Positions 26,957-32,000 of a stretch of DNA of 32,000 bases are shown here, piece after piece. The position numbers were made by a program, and so were the translations under genes. The notes beneath the pieces were generated by a model. It was given only the letters and a program-made list of their open reading frames with translations, was not told where the DNA came from and ran no database searches. This DNA comes from Pseudodesulfovibrio piezophilus C1TLV30 (GTDB lineage: Bacteria > Desulfobacterota > Desulfovibrionia > Desulfovibrionales > Desulfovibrionaceae). Where the stretch lies: NCBI RefSeq assembly GCF_000341895.1, contig NC_020409.1:1020001-1052000 (forward strand). The letters run 5' to 3'. Numbering within the stretch: the first letter of the stretch is position 1; each line of letters opens with the position of its first letter.

Positions 26957-27976
26957 TCACGCCGCCGGAATATAGTCTCGCCCGAGAGCAAGACCACGGC
27001 TCTCGAGGAATGAAATGATATCCCCCCGAGCACCTCGACTGGCAACGTATGGGATGCAAAATCCTTCTCCCGGCGCCGGTATGGTCGAGCGGTCGCGAAC
27101 CTCAATACCATGAACCACATGGCCTATCTTTCGGGGATCAATGTCATAATAGGCGGCAAAGGTTATCCCGTAGTCAAGCAAAAGATCTGCGCGCTTACGG
27201 GTAACACGCCCGGCTCCTAGGATATGGACACAGGGGTGATGCGGATTATTCCGTTCGAGCCAGCGCGCCAGATATTCAGTCTTGATGCGGTAAAACGCCT
27301 CCACATCGTACCGAGGATGATTTCGGGACAAACGACTTGGCGGGTCATTCCAAACAAGAAGATCCTCATCCACCTTGGCCATCACAACTCCGCCTTCCAG
27401 CCACCGAAGCAACAGATCGTAATCCTCAGGGAAATCACCATCGCGATACCCTCCATGAACGTCCAGGCATTCCCGCCGGAACATGATTGACGGATTCGGT
27501 ACAGGAAATTCCACAAATCTATGCAACTGAATGGATTCAGGAGTCAAAAGCGTATTGGTCCAATCCACATAATGGGCATACCCGGCACTCTGCTCTCTGC
27601 ATCCGCCAAATCGAACTCGACATCCCACCAACCCCAAGGAAGGGTCAGAGTCGAGCAAACGGGACTGTGCAGCCAACCGGTTCGGGAGGGCCAGGTCATC
27701 GGCATCCATACGGGCCAGATACATACCGCGAGCGGTTGCGAGCGCGGTATTGGCTGCGGTAACAACACCACCATGCAAACTCGTAACCACTCGAATACGG
27801 GAATCCCGGCCTGCATATTCAGCCAGAACTCCCGCAGTCGTATCAGTACTTCCGTCATCTACGGCCACCACTTCGAAATCCGCCATGGTCTGGGCGAGCA
27901 GGCTTTCCAGCGCGGCCCCGACAGTATCCCCACAATTATAGCAGGGTATGGTGACGGAAATCTTCGGCGTGCTCAT
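26957..27976 (-). CDS. Family-2 glycosyltransferase (SpsA-like N-terminal domain) with a ~110-aa C-terminal Rossmann-like extension
   Basis: ISVTIPCYNCGDTV...VAVDDGSTDTT...ARMDADD (DxD) marks the GT2 domain. The C-terminal ILGAGRVTRKRADLLLDYGITFAAYYDIDPRKIGHVVHGIEV resembles the NeuD/PglD-type N-terminal nucleotide- or CoA-binding module. The start lies 4 nt after the upstream stop. Confidence 0.8.
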   Translation of the reverse strand: MSTPKISVTIPCYNCGDTVGAALESLLAQTMADFEVVAVDDGSTDTTAGVLAEYAGRDSRIRVVTSLHGGVVTAANTALATARGMYLARMDADDLALPNRLAAQSRLLDSDPSLGLVGCRVRFGGCREQSAGYAHYVDWTNTLLTPESIQLHRFVEFPVPNPSIMFRRECLDVHGGYRDGDFPEDYDLLLRWLEGGVVMAKVDEDLLVWNDPPSRLSRNHPRYDVEAFYRIKTEYLARWLERNNPHHPCVHILGAGRVTRKRADLLLDYGITFAAYYDIDPRKIGHVVHGIEVRDRSTIPAPGEGFCIPYVASRGARGDIISFLESRGLALGRDYIPAA

Positions 27977-27980
27977 TTTG

Positions 27981-28910
27981 TTACAATCCTTCTACTGTGG
28001 CAGCGGCCTTTTTAGTGGCTACGGATTCCTTTATTCGACAAATGGAACATCTCCCCACACTCGTGGGAGAGCCACATTCTTTACAGGGTTTCAACTCAGC
28101 TCCGATCTCTTTCTCAAGATTGGCAAAGGCCTGTTTACCACGCTGAAGGAACCCCTGATAAAACTGAAACTTCTGACCAGGACTACGATATTCCAACTCC
28201 CCCCACAATTCCTTGTGGTTGGTAAAACTGGCTCCTGAAGAATATGGGCAAGGGTCCGAATGTATCTCGATACCCTTCAAAAATGCATAGTTGGCAGTCT
28301 CGAATTCAGTCAGCCGAAAAAGCGGTTTGACCTTGCGAACAAAACCGTCGGCAGCGGGCAAAACCGGTCCCTGATCGGAAAGGTACGCTGTATCCCACCG
28401 AAGTGTATTGGCAAAAAGGCGTGCGACTTCGTCATCCAGGTTATGCCCAGTAGCCAGTGCATCATAGCCCCCTTCCCTCGCTATGCGGTTAAAATGATGC
28501 CGCTTCATCTTGCCGCACACGGCACAGACAGGCCGATCGACGTGCTCTTTGATATCACAAACAGGTAGACCCCATTTCTCCATCTCGAAGACGTCCAATT
28601 TCAGATCCTGCGCATCGCAAAAGTTCTCGACTTTCTTACGGGCCTTATAAGACGAATCAGGAATGCCAAGATCAATATGCAACCCTGTGACGTCATATCC
28701 CTGCAATTTGAGTTCGAGCATCAAGCCCAGCGAATCCTTGCCACCAGACAGAGCGACAAGAATACGCTCATCCTTGGTAAACATCTTTTCGCGGCGAATA
28801 GCGGTTTCAACCTGGCGGGTAAAAAACAACGGAAAACATTCAGGACAAAACCCGGCGTGATGACTCGGAAGAGCGACGCACGCAAGTTTTTTGCAACGAG
28901 AGCATTTCAT
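27981..28910 (-). CDS. PP-loop ATP pyrophosphatase of the TtuA/Ncs6/TtcA type (sulfurtransferase-like)
   Basis: It has an N-terminal Zn finger (CSRC...CPEC) and the PP-loop SGGKDS. Fe-S ligand-like Cys are present (CAVCGKMKRH and DPCPYS), with a C-terminal Zn finger (CKECG...CSIC). Confidence 0.8.
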   Translation of the reverse strand: MKCSRCKKLACVALPSHHAGFCPECFPLFFTRQVETAIRREKMFTKDERILVALSGGKDSLGLMLELKLQGYDVTGLHIDLGIPDSSYKARKKVENFCDAQDLKLDVFEMEKWGLPVCDIKEHVDRPVCAVCGKMKRHHFNRIAREGGYDALATGHNLDDEVARLFANTLRWDTAYLSDQGPVLPAADGFVRKVKPLFRLTEFETANYAFLKGIEIHSDPCPYSSGASFTNHKELWGELEYRSPGQKFQFYQGFLQRGKQAFANLEKEIGAELKPCKECGSPTSVGRCSICRIKESVATKKAAATVEGL

Positions 28911-28923
28911 GTGTATAGACTCC

Positions 28924-29121
28924 TTACCCGGCTGAGGTTACTTTGCGAACCAACAGAGTATCGCCGTTGCTTAATTTCCGATCTGCGGTCAGCAATTCGC
29001 CATCGCGAGCGACAAGAGCCATTGTTGAACGAAGTTTGAGTCGATTGAGGACCGCAAGCACGCTCCTGACGTTGGGAATCTCGATGGTCTTTCCATCAGG
29101 TTCCAGATGAACGATTACCAT
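28924..29121 (-). CDS. ThiS/MoaD-like ubiquitin-fold protein (65 aa) ending in Ala-Gly
   Basis: The size and pattern fit ThiS-type beta-grasp carriers: hydrophobic beta1 MVIVHLE, then DG...L...GD.L.V...V with a terminal G. SD AAAGGAG is present. It lies 13 nt upstream of the PP-loop ATPase gene. Confidence 0.6.
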   Translation of the reverse strand: MVIVHLEPDGKTIEIPNVRSVLAVLNRLKLRSTMALVARDGELLTADRKLSNGDTLLVRKVTSAG

Positions 29122-29292
29122 GATATTTTTCTCCTTTCCGCCAGCCTTATTGAATACCGGCGGGTTGGTCGGACCCTACTGATGATGGACTCCAAGTTCA
29201 AGGAGAGAAACAGGGAACAGGCATGGTCAATGAAGCAACCACAAGGTTTTTTGGCCGAGTGTTAGAATCTGGGCAAAAAAAGTGAAACCGTA

Positions 29293-29322
29293 TTGACCCA
29301 AAAGAGAAATATCGAGTAGAGT
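29293..29322 (+). promoter_or_regulatory. Candidate sigma70 promoter for the receiver-domain gene
   Basis: TTGACC, an 18-nt spacer, then TAGAGT, ~30 nt upstream of the ATG at 29353. Confidence 0.3.
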
Positions 29323-29352
29323 GAATTAAGGTAAATTCCCAAGGAGGATTCC

Positions 29353-29724
29353 ATGAGCCAACCGAAGATTCTCGTTGTCGACGACGAAAAGCACATACGG
29401 ATGCTCTACAGAGAAGAACTGGAGGCCGACGGCTATACGGTCGCCACTTCAGACGGCGAGGAGGACATTCTTGATGTCATAGGCCGAGAAGGTCCAACCA
29501 TCGTGATTCTTGATATCAAACTCGGCGTCAATCGCTCGGGGCTGGACTTGCTCCAGGAGATTCGCGCCAAGGACCAGACCATACCGGTCATACTCTCCAC
29601 AGCATACGACTCCTTCCAGCACGACCTCAAATCCATTGCAGCCGACTACTACGTGGTCAAGTCCGTGGATCTCACCGAACTCAAAGACAAAGTCCGTATG
29701 GCTCTGAACAAAGCCGGTAGTTAA
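29353..29724 (+). CDS. Stand-alone response-regulator receiver (CheY-like) protein
   Basis: It has the acidic pocket VVDDE, the phospho-acceptor ILDIKL, then LSTAYD and VVKS (conserved T/S and K). SD AAGGAGG is present. Confidence 0.88.
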   Translation: MSQPKILVVDDEKHIRMLYREELEADGYTVATSDGEEDILDVIGREGPTIVILDIKLGVNRSGLDLLQEIRAKDQTIPVILSTAYDSFQHDLKSIAADYYVVKSVDLTELKDKVRMALNKAGS

Positions 29725-29747
29725 CAACCGCCCAACCTGTCACTCAT

Positions 29748-29786
29748 GCGACGCACCCCAAAAATCGGAGTGCGTCGCTTGCTTTT
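29748..29786 (+). terminator. Rho-independent terminator after the receiver gene
   Basis: A 9-bp stem GCGACGCAC / GTGCGTCGC is followed by TTGCTTTT. Confidence 0.75.
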
Positions 29787-29896
29787 GACCACTCCCAGAC
29801 GACTGTTCCTATTCCCTCGACAAAGTCACAAAATCCACCATCGTTACAATCAAGCCAAAAACTCGGATTTTTCACGCTTTTCTTAGCCAAGGCTGT

Positions 29897-29925
29897 TTGA
29901 CAAGCGATTAGCCGGACAGTACGCT
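29897..29925 (+). promoter_or_regulatory. Candidate sigma70 promoter for the HD-GYP gene
   Basis: A perfect -35 TTGACA, a 17-nt spacer, then TACGCT, ~60 nt upstream of the TTG start. Confidence 0.4.
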
Positions 29926-29986
29926 TGCACTGCTTTTGAGGAAAAAAAGCTGAGCGGAACGACCCAATTTACTCCAGGAGGCCCAC

Positions 29987-30955
29987 TTGGCACAAAGCAA
30001 CAATGCTGAATATGTTCCCATCTCTCCCCTGGTCCTGAGACCGGATACCAAAGGTCAATTCGACATATTCCTGCGGCGTGGCACCAACTACGTCCTCTTC
30101 AATGCGAACTCTCTTGTCATTACACGCGACAAGATTCAAGAGTTGGCACACAATGAAAATCCGCATCTCTACATAGATAGACAGGGACTGGACCACTACA
30201 AGCGTTACATTCAGGAAAATATAGCTGATCTTCTTGACGATGACAGTGTTGCCCCGGAAGAACGGGCCAAGGCATGGGCTGGCACTGCCACACAGCTTGG
30301 TAAAGAACTTTTTGAAAAATCGCTCCCTGGCAGAACTTTTGAACGCAGATTTCAACGGTTCACCAAACTGATTGAAAATTCGAGCAGGTTCCTTCAATCT
30401 CCCAAGTCACTCAAAGAGCTTTCCCGGTTCATCAGTAAAGGATATGAAGCATATCATCATGGTATTTCAACCATGGTATATACTGTCAGCCTGATGCAGG
30501 AATACGATTATGACGATGCCAAAATTCTCGCCTGCGGCATGGGAGCCATGCTGCACGACATAGGCAAGACCGGATTACCAAAAGAAGTCGTGGAAAGCCC
30601 CCACGAAGATTTGACCGATGAGCAAAAGGAACTGTTTGTCCTGCACCCCATGATCGGTGCGAGAACGTGCTCTGCCTTCAACCTGCCCACAGCCGCGTCC
30701 AACTGCATCCTGTTCCACCATGAACGGGAAGACGGAACCGGGTACCCCACCAAAGCAAAGGGCAGTGAACTCCCCATCCACACCAAAATTCTCGCCCTTT
30801 GCAACGTCTATGACAACCTGACCCGGACAACACGCCATGACAAAGCACTCACTCCATTCAACGCACTCAAGCGGATCATGGATGATGAAGGGCTGGTGGA
30901 TAAATCAATTCTCAAAAAATTCGTTGAAATGCTTTCACGGGCAGAAATTGTTTAA
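29987..30955 (+). CDS. HD-GYP domain protein (putative c-di-GMP phosphodiesterase) with an uncharacterised N-terminal domain
   Basis: HDIGK and HHEREDGTGYP motifs are present. The TTG start is preceded by AGGAGG at 5 nt. Confidence 0.9.
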   Translation: MAQSNNAEYVPISPLVLRPDTKGQFDIFLRRGTNYVLFNANSLVITRDKIQELAHNENPHLYIDRQGLDHYKRYIQENIADLLDDDSVAPEERAKAWAGTATQLGKELFEKSLPGRTFERRFQRFTKLIENSSRFLQSPKSLKELSRFISKGYEAYHHGISTMVYTVSLMQEYDYDDAKILACGMGAMLHDIGKTGLPKEVVESPHEDLTDEQKELFVLHPMIGARTCSAFNLPTAASNCILFHHEREDGTGYPTKAKGSELPIHTKILALCNVYDNLTRTTRHDKALTPFNALKRIMDDEGLVDKSILKKFVEMLSRAEIV

Positions 30956-31009
30956 CCGCTTGAGAACTGCATCGGCCGAGACATTCCCCTTGCCCCGCAG
31001 TCCTCTTAC

Positions 31010-31690
31010 ATGGTAGCCGACCTCATGTTTGATATCTTTTCACCAGACGCGCTTGAACGCTACGTTATCCTCGCGCCGGGCTTGCTGATAGCCTTGGTCG
31101 CCCATGAAGTCGCTCATGGCTATGTCGCTTACCTTCTGGGGGATCCAACAGCTCAATCTCAGGGCCGCCTGACGCTCAATCCTCTCAAACATCTTGACCC
31201 CATCGGGACGCTTGCCTTTTTCTTCGTTCACTTTGGCTGGGCCAAGCCGGTTCCGGTGAATCCTCGATACTTCAAGGATGTTCGCTTCGGGATGCTGCTT
31301 ACAGCCATTGCCGGTCCGGGCGTAAATTTCATACTGGCTGCGGTGTTCGCCATAGTTATGCATATTCTCACGACCATACAGTTCCAATCAGGGACACTCT
31401 GGGAATCGATTATTGTCCCATTCTATCTGATTTGCCAGGCTGGGGTATACGTCAATCTGATCCTTGGCATTTTCAATCTGATCCCCATACCGCCTCTGGA
31501 CGGCAGTAACGTTCTGGCATACTTTCTTCCTCCGCGGATAGCGCAGCTGTACATGAGCCTGAGCCGATATGGGTTCATTGTGCTCATCGGCCTCATCCTT
31601 ATTGGACAATATTCCGGCTACAGCCTTATCGGCCAAGTAATTTTCCCACTGGTTCGCGGATCGGCTGCCCTCCTGGGCATTAACCTGTAA
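31010..31690 (+). CDS. Site-2 protease family (M50) integral-membrane zinc metalloprotease
   Basis: It has the HEVAHG (HExxH) motif, LNPLKHLDPIGT, NLIPIPPLDG and multiple TM helices. The start may instead be the ATG at 31025. Confidence 0.8.
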   Translation: MVADLMFDIFSPDALERYVILAPGLLIALVAHEVAHGYVAYLLGDPTAQSQGRLTLNPLKHLDPIGTLAFFFVHFGWAKPVPVNPRYFKDVRFGMLLTAIAGPGVNFILAAVFAIVMHILTTIQFQSGTLWESIIVPFYLICQAGVYVNLILGIFNLIPIPPLDGSNVLAYFLPPRIAQLYMSLSRYGFIVLIGLILIGQYSGYSLIGQVIFPLVRGSAALLGINL

Positions 31691-31705
31691 CAAAAGATTT
31701 TCATC

Positions 31706-32000
31706 ATGAGCGACAACAAACGCATTCTTTCCGGCATGAGGCCCACAGGCCCCCTTCACCTCGGTCACTATTTCGGCGTCATCGCCAACTGGCTCAAGCT
31801 CCAGGAAGACTATGACTGTTTCTTCTTTGTCGCCGATTGGCATGCCCTGACCAGCGAATACTCCGACCCGACTCGTATCAAGGGATTTGTTCCCGGACTT
31901 GTCAAAGATTGGATCGCAGCCGGGCTTGATCCAGAAAAGTGTACCATCTTTCAGCAGTCAGTGGTCAAGGAACATGCAGAGCTGTATTTGATTCTTTCCA
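31706..32000 (+). CDS. trpS: Tryptophan--tRNA ligase, N-terminal part (runs off the window end)
   Basis: The ATG at 31706 gives MSDNKRILSGMRPTGPLHLGHYFGVIANW...FFFVADWHALT. This carries the class I HIGH-type signature and the TrpRS-typical N-terminus. The frame stays open to nt 32000. The overlapping 151-aa minus ORF is rejected. Confidence 0.9.
   Translation, partial: MSDNKRILSGMRPTGPLHLGHYFGVIANWLKLQEDYDCFFFVADWHALTSEYSDPTRIKGFVPGLVKDWIAAGLDPEKCTIFQQSVVKEHAELYLILS

Noticed and set aside
29913-29929. A sigma54-like CGGACA...TTGCA element upstream of the HD-GYP gene.
   Set aside because: The GG-to-GC spacing is 11 nt rather than the strictly required 10. The same region is better explained as the -10 part of a TTGACA-17-TACGCT sigma70 promoter.
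31388-31843. A 151-aa minus-strand ORF.
   Set aside because: It is antisense to the 3' end of the M50 protease gene and the 5' end of trpS, both of which carry clear family motifs on the plus strand.
1-32000. A search for mobile elements, CRISPR repeats, tRNA or rRNA genes, and long direct repeats.
   Set aside because: I saw no transposase, integrase or recombinase-like ORFs, no regularly spaced short repeats, and no tRNA-like T-arm (GGTTCGAATCC-type) sequences in the intergenic regions. The only repeated sequence family is the protein-level paralogy of the three GT2 genes.

Overview
The window looks like a chromosomal segment from an anaerobic, Desulfovibrionales-like bacterium. That placement is inferred from gene content only: iorAB, a sigma54 enhancer-binding protein (EBP), hypF, a large FAD/Fe-S oxidoreductase, an MCP and an RRM protein, at roughly 50% GC. 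I call 29 protein-coding genes, two of them truncated at the window edges, plus 9 intrinsic-terminator-like hairpins and several candidate promoters or operators. I saw no rRNA, tRNA, CRISPR array, transposase or integrase. Most genes are recognisable: iorA/iorB, a GAF-sigma54 activator, csp, an RRM RNA-binding protein, a tandem ABC ATPase, DUF362, hypF, an MCP, a class V aminotransferase, a YdiJ-like FAD/Fe-S fusion, ruvX, mltG, REC, HD-GYP, an M50 protease and trpS. Two loci stand out as possible undescribed systems. (1) At 3.2-9.4 kb, three paralogous proteins combine a helical TPR-like N-terminus with a GT2 domain. They sit with a small SLOG/MoCo-carrier-like protein and an acidic 107-aa protein, directly downstream of the sigma54 activator and a sigma54-like promoter. 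(2) At 25.8-29.1 kb on the minus strand, a tight four-gene operon encodes a ThiS/MoaD-like protein ending in Ala-Gly, a TtuA/Ncs6-type PP-loop ATPase, a GT2 with a C-terminal Rossmann-like extension, and a threonine-synthase-like PLP enzyme. Smaller observations: a structured leader or sRNA-like region upstream of the RRM gene, two small genes absent from the ORF track (Pmp3/YqaE and a Lys-rich 52-aa ORF), an MCP with a three-fold repeated helical sensor module, and a uORF coupled to one GT2 paralog. All functional calls rest on motifs read by eye; no database search was possible.
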